Shown here piece after piece: positions 18,086-26,785 of a stretch of 44,576 bases of DNA (position 1 is its first letter; the number at the start of each line of letters is the position of its first letter). The stretch comes from a virus (taxonomy: Duplodnaviria > Caudoviricetes). The notes beneath the pieces were generated by a model, which was not told the origin of the DNA, did no database searches, and was given only the letters and a program-made list of their open reading frames with translations. The translations under genes and the position numbers were made by a program. Location: the IMG/VR virus record IMGVR_UViG_3300032332_000389, positions 1-44,576 of that record. One strand, given 5' to 3'.

Positions 18086-18682
18086 TTAAACACCAGTGGT
18101 GTTGTTATATTGGTGAGTGTTGATCTTCACCAATAGCTCGGTGTAGGTATCGGCTGCGGTAGCAGTCTCAGGCACTACGTCGATAACACGGATTGGGATA
18201 GTCGCGGTAGTACCAGCACCAGTCAAGGTTACGGCATATGCGGAATCACCATTGGTGGTGCTGCCAGCATTTAATACCAAAGCCAAGTTAGTACCCACTA
18301 CAGTGCGACCTGCGGAACTCATGGTCGTGCCAGACGAAACAACGGCGACCTTGAACAGGGCCATAGGATCATCAACAACATATGCATAAGCAGGGTTGGT
18401 AGACGTAGAAATCAAAGCCGGAATGTATTGGCCCTGAACGGTTTGACCGCTAGAGTTTACATACTGACCGCCGACGCAAACGCCAACGATTGCACCAGAG
18501 TTAGTGGTGCTAGAAAGAACCAAATAACCGGTGCTGTCAATTTGTACAGTGTCGCCATTAAAAATAGCGGTTGCAAAACTGGCAGCTACGGGGATCTGGC
18601 GAATAGCACCAGCGTAAGGCTTGCCATCAATGCTATTGATAGGCTTTAGACCATACGGGGCGCTAACGGTAGGATATGCCAT
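18086..18682 (-). CDS. Capsid cement/decoration-like protein
   Basis: RBS GGAG before MAYPTVSAPYGLKP; directly upstream of MCP. Confidence 0.7.
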   Translation of the reverse strand: MAYPTVSAPYGLKPINSIDGKPYAGAIRQIPVAASFATAIFNGDTVQIDSTGYLVLSSTTNSGAIVGVCVGGQYVNSSGQTVQGQYIPALISTSTNPAYAYVVDDPMALFKVAVVSSGTTMSSAGRTVVGTNLALVLNAGSTTNGDSAYAVTLTGAGTTATIPIRVIDVVPETATAADTYTELLVKINTHQYNNTTGV

Positions 18683-18714
18683 AGTTAACTCCAAAAATTA
18701 AAAATAAACACCTG

Positions 18715-19158
18715 TCAAGTTAACTTTCCGCGAGTTGTTGTAGATTTTCGGTCTGCAAACAAAGGCATGCGTGGGTCATTTTGACGTAAAAAGCTGTTAT
18801 CCACCGACTCCATCTGGTTTTGAGCTTGCCCATTAAAATACTCAGCCATAGCATTAGCTTTTTCAGTGGGTATCTTACAGAGCATTAACCCACCAATCTC
18901 GATATTGCCGGTCTTAGGATTCCCGGGAACCATCAATTCCGGATGATCCTCTGCCTTAACTGGGACATATCCATCACGCAATTTGCGGGATACATTTGTC
19001 ATCATTACCTCAGAATTACCATGTACTGCCGTCGCTATCCAGCGATAGGTGTACCCGGGTTCTTCTTTGGGGTCTGGCAAAGAACTAGACGGTTTATAAA
19101 CATACCTTACAGATTCGCTGCGTGTATCTAAGTCACGGGGTTTACGAGTTTCATTCAT
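18715..19158 (-). CDS. Conserved head-module protein
   Basis: RBS GGAG before MNETRK; 'YRWI....N.SRKLRDGY.PV...GGLMLCKIP'. Confidence 0.75.
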   Translation of the reverse strand: MNETRKPRDLDTRSESVRYVYKPSSSLPDPKEEPGYTYRWIATAVHGNSEVMMTNVSRKLRDGYVPVKAEDHPELMVPGNPKTGNIEIGGLMLCKIPTEKANAMAEYFNGQAQNQMESVDNSFLRQNDPRMPLFADRKSTTTRGKLT

Positions 19159-20083
19159 TTGAGTTCTCCAATTTTGCTTGTTGAATAGCATACTGTTGCG
19201 GGGTGATACCAAATTTCTTTGCCAAAGCCAAAGCTCTGGGTGTCATTTGGATCGTTTTCTTGCCTGACGAGCGTGCCGCAGGCGAGACTACCGAAACAGG
19301 TCTTTTGTGAGACTCATTTGACTTAGCTCGCTCATTCCCAAATACCTCTGGGAACTTATCTTTCACGCGAGTATCAATTTCTTGAAAATACTCGTCACTG
19401 CGCGGGTCATAGCCCGCGTTGATTAGTTTTTTATGCAGCCCTAATGCGTAGCTGGATACATCTTCAAAGCCTTCTGCACTAAACCACTGGTTTTTGGCCT
19501 GCCAGCGCAGGGTTTTTTCGTCTAGTTGAGGCTCTGGTTCTCTGTATTGTTGCGGTTGTACCCTATTTTGTGGCTGTTGTAAAGGGGCCTCCCTAATATT
19601 ATTTAGGGCATTTACCTTCATTTTTGCCTCCAAAAGAGCCTCTTGAGCAGCCAAAATAGCGTCTGCGTCAAAGGCTTCTTGGGCTTTTTTGTACTGACTA
19701 CGGGCGGATTCAAGCTCATTTTCAGCCAATGTCTTGGACTGATCTATATATTGCTTACTTCCGGTCTGTACATATTGTTTAAGCTGGTTGTTTTCATCGT
19801 AAAGCTGTTGGGCAATACGTTCCAAATCCTGCTTTTCCCGGGCTAGTGACTCTTTTGCCCTACGTTCATCATGGCGTACTCGGGTTAATTCCTTCATCCG
19901 GGCTTGAACGTTCTTGGAATATGAGGCTAATTCCTCTTCCTGTGGGTCTATAACCTCTTTTTCAAGCGGTGCGCGACCTTTATCTACCTCCGGAGTGTCA
20001 TCGATAAGCTCAATCTCGACCTCATCTTTGGACTCTTTTGGATCTTCTTTCTCAATTTCATCTGGGAATTTAAACTCAGACAT
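19151..20083 (-). CDS. Scaffolding protein (putative)
   Basis: Acidic coiled-coil, C-term 'LAKKFGITPQQYA'; between portal and MCP. Confidence 0.7.
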   Translation of the reverse strand: MSEFKFPDEIEKEDPKESKDEVEIELIDDTPEVDKGRAPLEKEVIDPQEEELASYSKNVQARMKELTRVRHDERRAKESLAREKQDLERIAQQLYDENNQLKQYVQTGSKQYIDQSKTLAENELESARSQYKKAQEAFDADAILAAQEALLEAKMKVNALNNIREAPLQQPQNRVQPQQYREPEPQLDEKTLRWQAKNQWFSAEGFEDVSSYALGLHKKLINAGYDPRSDEYFQEIDTRVKDKFPEVFGNERAKSNESHKRPVSVVSPAARSSGKKTIQMTPRALALAKKFGITPQQYAIQQAKLENSNE

Positions 20084-20504
20084 GGCTAATACCTCGCGGA
20101 TCTTGTACAACGCCTTCAATTTGGTCGTCGTTGATTAAGCGCATTTCTTTGCCATACATTTTGAAGCGCGTACCGGTATAGGTACGGGTCATTACAAAAT
20201 CTCCCACTTTGCACCAAGGGCCACTGGGAAACTTTGTAGTATCTTTATAGGCATCGGGGCCTACCTTAACTACAAAAAGCACGGTTGTGGTTTGTTCTTC
20301 CCGGCGCATAAAATCAGAAGGCTTTAGGAGAGAAGAATTCTCATAATGCTCTGATACGTCCGGAACGATACATAGCAGCTTGTATCCAATTGGATCTGGT
20401 AGCTGTTTGGCTTTCTCTTCATCTGTCGCAGCTTCATCCGGCTTTTCAGCAGGCTGAATGGTTTTTGGGAGGGTAACTCCCGGAGGCAGAATAAGATCAC
20501 TCAT
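20076..20504 (-). CDS. GroES/Cpn10-like co-chaperonin
   Basis: 'P.GYKLL...V.KVGPDAY...CKVGDFV....Y.GT.F...G.E.RLINDD.I.GVV'. Confidence 0.8.
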   Translation of the reverse strand: MSDLILPPGVTLPKTIQPAEKPDEAATDEEKAKQLPDPIGYKLLCIVPDVSEHYENSSLLKPSDFMRREEQTTTVLFVVKVGPDAYKDTTKFPSGPWCKVGDFVMTRTYTGTRFKMYGKEMRLINDDQIEGVVQDPRGISHV

Positions 20505-20691
20505 CTGATTGTTCAACTTTCTTAAGCAGGGCCAAAAGGTAGGACTCTGCGGTGGCTAGGCCCTGAATAACACCGCACAGTTTTTGATACTCATCGAAGG
20601 TACGACAGGCCCCACCAGCCATATCGTCCGCATAGTTGTTCATGTCCTTGCGTATTTGGTCGCGCAATACGCGTGCGAAGTCTTGAACCAT
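20497..20691 (-). CDS. Small conserved protein downstream of portal
   Basis: Operonic ORF; 'FDEYQKLCGVIQGL'. Confidence 0.8.
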   Translation of the reverse strand: MVQDFARVLRDQIRKDMNNYADDMAGGACRTFDEYQKLCGVIQGLATAESYLLALLKKVEQSDE

Positions 20692-20693
20692 GT

Positions 20694-23210
20694 TTAAACA
20701 CCTTCTGATTTATCGACTGCCTGCATAGCAGACAGGGCTTGATCTCTCTTGTCTTTAGAGATCTGTGCGCCAAGTTTTATCCCGGCGTGTTCTTGGTCAA
20801 AGGTCTGCCGCTCTTGATCGGCTTTAATCTTTGCTCCAATCTTTGTACCCTCAAGCTGCATGTCTGCCTGTATGGCTTCACGCTTGAGGTTGTTTTGATC
20901 AGCTTTGCTTGCTGCATCTGCTGCCAGACGTTTTGTATCCAATTCCAAACGCGCTTGGTCAAGCTGGAACTTCTGCTGCGCCTCTTGAGTCTTAAGCTGC
21001 AATTCACCCTGTTTGATCTGGAGTTCTTGCATCTGCATTTGAACCAGAGGATCTTGGGCTTGTTGCTGGGCTTGTTGTTGGGCAGCTTGACCTTGGTTTT
21101 GTTGTAGAACTTGCTGGGCTGCTTGAGCGATCATGGTAGACAAGGCCAGCTCGACTTGCGGGGGCAACTCATCATCCTGCGGAGGTAGAGATATACCCAT
21201 CTGCTGTTCAATCTGCGCCCGATATTTAAACCCTGCATGCTCGGCTATATGGGCCATCATTGCAGCCTGTATCTGAGGAGCGCGGGGGTTTTGACCTATA
21301 GATTGTGCAATTAACGGGTCTTGTACAAAAGACATGTGAGTTGCAATATGGGCATCCTGATCTTGGTAGAAGAATGCTTTTACCGGCTCTCCTCTGAGAA
21401 CTGCCATATTCTCTGAAACCGGATCCATTGGTTTCTGGTCTTCTGGAAGCTTGACTAACTTATCTGCGTTCTTAATTCCAAGAACTTCTAACATCCTGCG
21501 GTGCAACTGTGGAAGATCATAGATATCCGGAGCCATCTGGGCCATCTGAATGACAGCCTGATACTGAACCACGCGCTGGCTCATGGTGGCTGCGTTGGGA
21601 TCAGATACGGGGATGATCTCTACATAGTCGTAGTCTTCCCGCTTGGCGCTTTTGTCGCCCTTTTCCGGTTTGTAGTCATAGTCTGCATCTGTGTAGTCAC
21701 GGATGATTTCAGCCAGAAGACCAAGTTCCTGTTTAAACGTGTAATGCAGGCGAGCTTGGATGGCGGTCATCACCTTTAACTGGCGCTCTAGGAGAGCCAA
21801 TGTGCTTCCTACAGGAGCTTGGGCAGACATGTCGCTGATGTTCATGTCCGCTGTAGCGGCAAACCTACGCCCTTCTTCCACGATAGTTCCAAGAAGGGCT
21901 GCCAGAACCTGACTGGGTTCTTTATATGGAAGGGGAAGGATGTTGTCCCTCAAGGCTCCAGAGCCAATATCTACATCACGGAACTCACCCGGCTGAATAG
22001 GAGTGTCATCTCCTTTGATCCGCAGTCCACGGGACTTCAGTCCACCCGGCAAATTAGATAGAGTTCCTGCGTCGATAAGCTGGCGCATGATGCTGGTTGC
22101 CGATTTAGCAAACCCACCAATAAGGTGGAACAGACCGAATCCATAAGCACCAAAGCCGGGGATGTATTGGTAATGGACAAAATGCTGGCGCTTTAAACGC
22201 AACTTGTCATCCTCTTCCCAGTTCCTGCGGATAGCCAAGACCTTGTTGTTGCCTTTGATCATGGTCACAACATAGGGCAGGGCGATACCGGTTGGGCCAT
22301 CCTCATCAACATCCTCAAATCCCGGCAGGTCTAGGTCTGCGTGGACTTCATAGATGGTGTAGCGGTCATCGTTTAAATCACTAAAGCCGGTTTCTTTGTC
22401 TTTAGCTTTTTTGATGTTGTCCTGCTCTTTGCCGGGGTCTGGTAGATCTATGTCCCGGTAGAAGCCTGCCTGTTGGAGCTTGATGATCTCATTCTTAGTC
22501 TTACGCATGACATGGGTCAGGCGGTAGCAGGTATCCAGATCCGTTGTTCCATAGGGCAGAAGGATGTCCTCTGCGGGGATAAACATAGATACTTGCCGTC
22601 CCAGATTGGGATCAAAATACACTTTCTTAAACGCAGAGCCTGTGGCAGGAAGACTCCAGAGCATGCGCTCTATCTCGGGACGGAACTCTTTCATTACCTC
22701 CGTGAGTTCATAGTTCATGTCATCCTCAACTCGGATGGCAGCTTCTTTCTTCTCAGGAGTTTCTTCTCCGATAATTTTTGTCCGCACCGGCCCTTGGGCG
22801 GGGAACATCTCGGTGATACTTTCTGACTGGAACCTTACAACTGCCTCGGTGATCATGGGATGGAATACCCCACTAGCTCCTGACCAAGGCTCTGTGCGTT
22901 CTTCAAACTGGAGACCTAGAAGTTTTAAACCCTCTGTATAGGCTTTTTCCCAATCCTTGCGGCTACCTTTGTCATTTGAGATATCCCCGTCCAGATCTCC
23001 TGCAATGGAAGACATTTCTCCCTCATCCATTTCTTCTGCGAGGTTTAAACCAAAGTCTTCATCTCCAGCCTCAATGGAGATATCTAGTCCGTCCATGTGA
23101 ATATTCACTGCCTCGGGATCGACAATCTCAATCTCTATTGCATCTTCTGCTTTTGCCAATTCATCCAGCCCAGCGGGGGCTTGGTACAAACTCTTATCAA
23201 AATTAGCCAT
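20694..23210 (-). CDS. Portal protein
   Basis: 838 aa directly after TerL; Gln-rich coiled-coil C-terminal barrel as in P22-like portals. Confidence 0.85.
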   Translation of the reverse strand: MANFDKSLYQAPAGLDELAKAEDAIEIEIVDPEAVNIHMDGLDISIEAGDEDFGLNLAEEMDEGEMSSIAGDLDGDISNDKGSRKDWEKAYTEGLKLLGLQFEERTEPWSGASGVFHPMITEAVVRFQSESITEMFPAQGPVRTKIIGEETPEKKEAAIRVEDDMNYELTEVMKEFRPEIERMLWSLPATGSAFKKVYFDPNLGRQVSMFIPAEDILLPYGTTDLDTCYRLTHVMRKTKNEIIKLQQAGFYRDIDLPDPGKEQDNIKKAKDKETGFSDLNDDRYTIYEVHADLDLPGFEDVDEDGPTGIALPYVVTMIKGNNKVLAIRRNWEEDDKLRLKRQHFVHYQYIPGFGAYGFGLFHLIGGFAKSATSIMRQLIDAGTLSNLPGGLKSRGLRIKGDDTPIQPGEFRDVDIGSGALRDNILPLPYKEPSQVLAALLGTIVEEGRRFAATADMNISDMSAQAPVGSTLALLERQLKVMTAIQARLHYTFKQELGLLAEIIRDYTDADYDYKPEKGDKSAKREDYDYVEIIPVSDPNAATMSQRVVQYQAVIQMAQMAPDIYDLPQLHRRMLEVLGIKNADKLVKLPEDQKPMDPVSENMAVLRGEPVKAFFYQDQDAHIATHMSFVQDPLIAQSIGQNPRAPQIQAAMMAHIAEHAGFKYRAQIEQQMGISLPPQDDELPPQVELALSTMIAQAAQQVLQQNQGQAAQQQAQQQAQDPLVQMQMQELQIKQGELQLKTQEAQQKFQLDQARLELDTKRLAADAASKADQNNLKREAIQADMQLEGTKIGAKIKADQERQTFDQEHAGIKLGAQISKDKRDQALSAMQAVDKSEGV

Positions 23211-23219
23211 TGGGTATCC

Positions 23220-24719
23220 TTAGTAATATTCGTATTTACGCCGAAAGATAGGTGCTTCATCTTCCTCATCTGAGGCAATTTGAATAAAGCCACCCTGCCG
23301 AAACCTCATTAAGGCTTGGCTGCTGGAGTCAACCAAGTCATCGTTATCCCCATAGGGGAATGCAGCCAATTCTTCCATGACCTCATCTGCCCAGCGTGTT
23401 GTTGGACACCATACAACCCCAGAGGCAAACAGGTCTGCAATAGAGTTTACACGGCTTATTTTGTCATTTCCTTTGCCCGGCGTGTACTCCGACAGGGGGA
23501 CTCCAATCTTTCTTAGCTCATATATAAGAGGCGCTCCGGCAGCACGCTTCTCAATAATCAATGTATCTGGCTCCCACTGTTTATACAACTCCAGAGCCAT
23601 CTTTTTAAGCTCAGGGAACTCCATACGTTGTTTAAATGCATCTAAGAGGATGATATTAGTCTTGTAGTTACCTTTGTCATCTGGGTGTTCAAATATTCCC
23701 CAAGTGGTGCAGGCTGAATAATCTGCCCTGTTATTCTTCTCAAAGGCTGTATCCCAAGACTGTATAAGGTAATCACACTGGGGCATCTTTTCATGTTCCC
23801 AGATTCTCCACTGATCCCTTTTGATAATTGCACCTTCATTACCGGTTGGGTTTTGTTGGTACTGCGCTTCCCATTTGGCTACGGGGAGTTCCGCTTTCAG
23901 CGACTCTAGTTCTTTCTTTGACCAGAACGCAGGCCAAAGAGGCGTTCCGGACGGGAGAATGGCGGGGAACTCTATAACTTCCCACTCATCTACCCCATCG
24001 TTTCCTGACTTCTTAAGAATCTGCCCTGTTAAATCTCGGGTAGCCCATCTGGTCATAACGATGATAATTGCCCCGTTAGGCTGAAGACGCTGACGAGGGC
24101 CAGAGGTGTACCACTCATAAACCCCATCAAAGATGGCAGGGTTATTCTGTTTAGCCTCTTGCTCTGAATGTGGATCATCAATGATCAGAAGATCTGCACC
24201 CTTACCAGTGACGGCTCCACCCACACCGATAGCAAAATAATCTCCACCCTTGTTGGTGTTCCACCGACCAGCAGCTTTGGAATCACTTGATAGCTTGGTA
24301 TCAAAGATCTTGGAATAATCATCAGAGGAGACTAGATTCCTCACTTTGCGTCCAAACCCTGTAGAGAGTTCTGCGGTGTGAGCAGTCTGGATAATCTTCT
24401 TCTCAGGAAACTTTCCCAAGAACCAAGACGGCAGAAGAAAAGAAGCAAACTCCGACTTAGTGTGTCGGGGTGGCATATTAATGATTAACCTCTTGAGGGT
24501 TCCATTAGCCACTCTCTCAAAAGCATCTGCCATGATCTTATGATGCTGCCCCGATATAAATATAGGCCACATCTGCTGGACAAAGAACAGGAATGACTCC
24601 CTGCACTTCTCAACCCTGTCCATCTCCAGTAAGGTATTTATCTTCGCCCGCTCAGTATCAGGAACCTTATCCACAATACTCAAATACCCCGCAATCTCTT
24701 TAGCAGTAAGGAGAGTCAT
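23220..24719 (-). CDS. terL: Terminase large subunit
   Basis: Walker A MPPRHTKS, Walker B LLIIDDP, MTRW motif, nuclease SWDTA...DYSA...DDLVD. Confidence 0.95.
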   Translation of the reverse strand: MTLLTAKEIAGYLSIVDKVPDTERAKINTLLEMDRVEKCRESFLFFVQQMWPIFISGQHHKIMADAFERVANGTLKRLIINMPPRHTKSEFASFLLPSWFLGKFPEKKIIQTAHTAELSTGFGRKVRNLVSSDDYSKIFDTKLSSDSKAAGRWNTNKGGDYFAIGVGGAVTGKGADLLIIDDPHSEQEAKQNNPAIFDGVYEWYTSGPRQRLQPNGAIIIVMTRWATRDLTGQILKKSGNDGVDEWEVIEFPAILPSGTPLWPAFWSKKELESLKAELPVAKWEAQYQQNPTGNEGAIIKRDQWRIWEHEKMPQCDYLIQSWDTAFEKNNRADYSACTTWGIFEHPDDKGNYKTNIILLDAFKQRMEFPELKKMALELYKQWEPDTLIIEKRAAGAPLIYELRKIGVPLSEYTPGKGNDKISRVNSIADLFASGVVWCPTTRWADEVMEELAAFPYGDNDDLVDSSSQALMRFRQGGFIQIASDEEDEAPIFRRKYEYY

Positions 24720-24946
24720 AACTTAACTATCTCCTTCATAGACTTGTCCGCCAACTTGATGGAATGAAACTTGTACGCCTTAATCTCAATATGCCCATCC
24801 TCTTTTAACCTATGAACAATCCTGTGAATATTGGACTTAGAAGACATCCCAAGAGACCTAGCTATCACCTCATATGAAGGAGATACACCATGCAACCTAA
24901 TATAGGCTCTGATGAAGTCCAAGACTAGCTGTCTGCGTTGAGTCAT
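24716..24946 (-). CDS. Stand-alone LexA-type winged-HTH DNA-binding domain (no peptidase domain)
   Basis: 'T.R...VLDFI..YI..HG.SPSY..IA..LG..SKS.IHR.V..L...G.I'. Confidence 0.85.
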   Translation of the reverse strand: MTQRRQLVLDFIRAYIRLHGVSPSYEVIARSLGMSSKSNIHRIVHRLKEDGHIEIKAYKFHSIKLADKSMKEIVKL

Positions 24947-24967
24947 TCTGTAAGTTTAAACGATAAA

Positions 24968-24979
24968 GCGAACGTTCGC
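24968..24979. promoter_or_regulatory. Palindromic candidate operator GCGAACGTTCGC
   Basis: Perfect 12-bp palindrome about 20 bp upstream of the LexA-like gene. Confidence 0.4.
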
Positions 24980-25167
24980 AACTATCTTTCTAAAATTTAT
25001 ATATACCCCACCCCTGTTGGAGAAGAAAGAGATGGGGGTATGTTGCTATGTAATCGTTAGAGGGGATTAGAGCGTAACGTAAGCGGGGGCGTGTGCGAGT
25101 CATACAGGCGGGTGGGGGTACGGTGGGGTCTCGCCCTGCCGTTTAAACCACTCCCTCGTTTACACCG

Positions 25168-25761
25168 CTACGCCGCCTTGCCGCCTAGTAGCTTCAGGTG
25201 ACCTGACAGATCACGCTTGAGTTGGTCTGCCGTTGGTGCTGCCACTTCGGTGTCTGTTGTTGGTGTAAACACACCTGCTGCCTTGCCCATAAGCTCCAGA
25301 GCTTTGAGGCGGCTGCCCTCTTGTTTAGCTCCCTTGCTCAGTGCAAGTAGCTGCCTCAGTACATATCTCTTGGTTGCTGCTAGATCCTCTGTTAGTGCTT
25401 CCGCAGTCTCTCCCCATGCATCTTCCAGCATCTGACCTATGACAGGATGCCTAGTCAGTTTGTATGCGTTAGCACTGATTACCCTGTTGCTACTGTGATC
25501 GTCTGGGTATGCTTCCCTATAGGCATCTGTATTACTGAGACCGCTTATCTTGGCTCTTACGAATGCCAATTGCTTCTCTGTGAGTCTTCGCTGTCTCGGG
25601 GCGGTTATGACCTGTCCATCCTTGCGCTTTGCCGGAGCCTCAGCCGCTGCTGCCAGCACTTCAGCCTCAGTGTCTAGCCATTGATCCTCTACTGCCTCTC
25701 CATCCTGCTGCGCGGCGTTTTCTAGATCATTGAGATAATCTATTGACGTTGTCTTACCCAT
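25168..25761 (-). CDS. terS: Terminase small subunit
   Basis: 'LTEKQ.AFV....G.S.TDAYR.AY.......A..L...P.I' HTH and 'RLKALELMGK..G.F'. Confidence 0.85.
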   Translation of the reverse strand: MGKTTSIDYLNDLENAAQQDGEAVEDQWLDTEAEVLAAAAEAPAKRKDGQVITAPRQRRLTEKQLAFVRAKISGLSNTDAYREAYPDDHSSNRVISANAYKLTRHPVIGQMLEDAWGETAEALTEDLAATKRYVLRQLLALSKGAKQEGSRLKALELMGKAAGVFTPTTDTEVAAPTADQLKRDLSGHLKLLGGKAA

Positions 25762-25787
25762 AGTCTTTCCCCTTTGCGTGGTCTGTA

Positions 25788-25821
25788 CTGGTCAAGTATA
25801 CAGCACTGTGCATTTAAACAG
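25788..25821. promoter_or_regulatory. Two tandem LexA (SOS) boxes
   Basis: CTGG-TCAAGTAT-ACAG (25788-25803) and CTGT-GCATTTAA-ACAG (25806-25821); CTG-N10-CAG. Confidence 0.65.
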
Positions 25822-25840
25822 CACTGTTCGTGGCCCAATG

Positions 25841-25891
25841 TTATCCACAGCCTGTGCATAAGTAAAGTTATCCACCGCAAATTGTGGATAA
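25841..25891. promoter_or_regulatory. Four DnaA boxes in two inverted pairs
   Basis: TTATCCACA 25841, TGTGCATAA 25853, TTATCCACC 25868, TGTGGATAA 25883. Confidence 0.8.
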
Positions 25892-25895
25892 TAAA

Positions 25896-25912
25896 TGCAC
25901 CAAAATGGTGAA
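25896..25912. promoter_or_regulatory. NtrC-type enhancer site
   Basis: TGCACCAAAATGGTGAA, one mismatch to TGCACCAWWWTGGTGCA. Confidence 0.6.
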
Positions 25913-26024
25913 AAACGCGATAGAGCGACTTCAGCGCATGGGTCAAGGGGTAGGTAGCACCAACCCCTTAAAGTCGCTCAGATTCGTTCAAAATTTGGCA
26001 AATAGACACATTGGCGACACCTGC

Positions 26025-26040
26025 TGGCATGACTCATGCT
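26025..26040 (+). promoter_or_regulatory. Sigma54-like -24/-12 element
   Basis: TGGCATGACTCATGCT has GG-N10-GC spacing, about 115 bp from the NtrC-type site; -12 is ATGC, not TTGC. Confidence 0.4.
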
Positions 26041-26100
26041 ACATGCGCGCATCGCGTATCTCTGTTAGTCACTGGTAAGCCTGTAATCCCTGCTTCAATC

Positions 26101-26126
26101 AATACCCCTACGGTTCAGTCGGATAA
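26101..26126. promoter_or_regulatory. IscR/Rrf2-like site abutting the early promoter
   Basis: AATACCCCTACGGTTCAGTCGGATAA; right half resembles the IscR type-1 half-site (YAGTCRRSTAT). Confidence 0.4.
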
Positions 26127-26129
26127 CTA

Positions 26130-26159
26130 TTGCGCCCATGTTTTAAACACTACTACAAT
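26130..26159 (+). promoter_or_regulatory. Candidate early sigma70 promoter
   Basis: TTGCGC-N18-TACAAT, 40 bp before the first plus-strand gene. Confidence 0.6.
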
Positions 26160-26199
26160 GTGGTTGTGCAATGTCGCACAGTAGATTGGAGACCCTCTC

Positions 26200-26331
26200 A
26201 TGTATACCGCTCAGATCAATGCCCACGGCAATGTGATCGTCTGCAAAGGCGATACCGTCCGCAATTCATACCGTATCGTTTTCACTGGCACTTATGCAGA
26301 GTGCCTCGCAGTAAAGGCAGGTGCAGCATGA
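26200..26331 (+). CDS. Small early protein (43 aa, MYTAQINAHGNVIVCKGD...)
   Basis: Hand-translated; GGAG RBS; ATGA overlap with next gene. Confidence 0.7.
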   Translation: MYTAQINAHGNVIVCKGDTVRNSYRIVFTGTYAECLAVKAGAA

Positions 26332-26546
26332 GCAAATTCAAAACCTACACCAACGCCATGCTGGCCTACGCGCTGGCTGACTGCCACGCCACGCTAGAGG
26401 CTGGACAGTATGCCGCTGACCATCCCTACGGGCGCAAACTGTGGCTGGAGATCGATGCCATTCGGGACGAGCAAATGTCCCGCCGCTCAATTGCAAGGGC
26501 CGTGTCCCGCCGCATCAAAGCGGGAACCCTCGCCGCTGGAGTCTGA
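26328..26546 (+). CDS. Small early protein (MSKFKTYTNAML...)
   Basis: Start re-set to the ATGA overlap. Confidence 0.7.
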   Translation: MSKFKTYTNAMLAYALADCHATLEAGQYAADHPYGRKLWLEIDAIRDEQMSRRSIARAVSRRIKAGTLAAGV

Positions 26547-26548
26547 CT

Positions 26549-26716
26549 ATGAACCGCGCCGCTTACCTAATCGTCCGCGAGTTGGCCCATATCCTGAATG
26601 CCGTGCCGCTGGAGGCGCTGCCTTATGTGGCGCGTGGACTTGCTGACACCTACAACCTGCCCCGCAAGGCAATGCTCAAAGTGATGCGCCGCTATGTGCG
26701 CCTGTACCGCGCCTGA
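26549..26716 (+). CDS. Small early protein (MNRAAYLIVREL...)
   Basis: GGAG RBS; follows upstream stop by 2 nt. Confidence 0.65.
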   Translation: MNRAAYLIVRELAHILNAVPLEALPYVARGLADTYNLPRKAMLKVMRRYVRLYRA

Positions 26717-26785
26717 CATTTCAGCGGCTTGCCTCGCCGTGCGGGGCTTGCCAGTGCAATGTCGCACTGTTTGGAGATTGACCCT

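Noticed and set aside
25740-26199. ORFs across the terS-early gene gap and the 5' extension of ORF 26130
   Set aside because: They run through the binding-site array; starts with RBS support are at 26200 and 26328.
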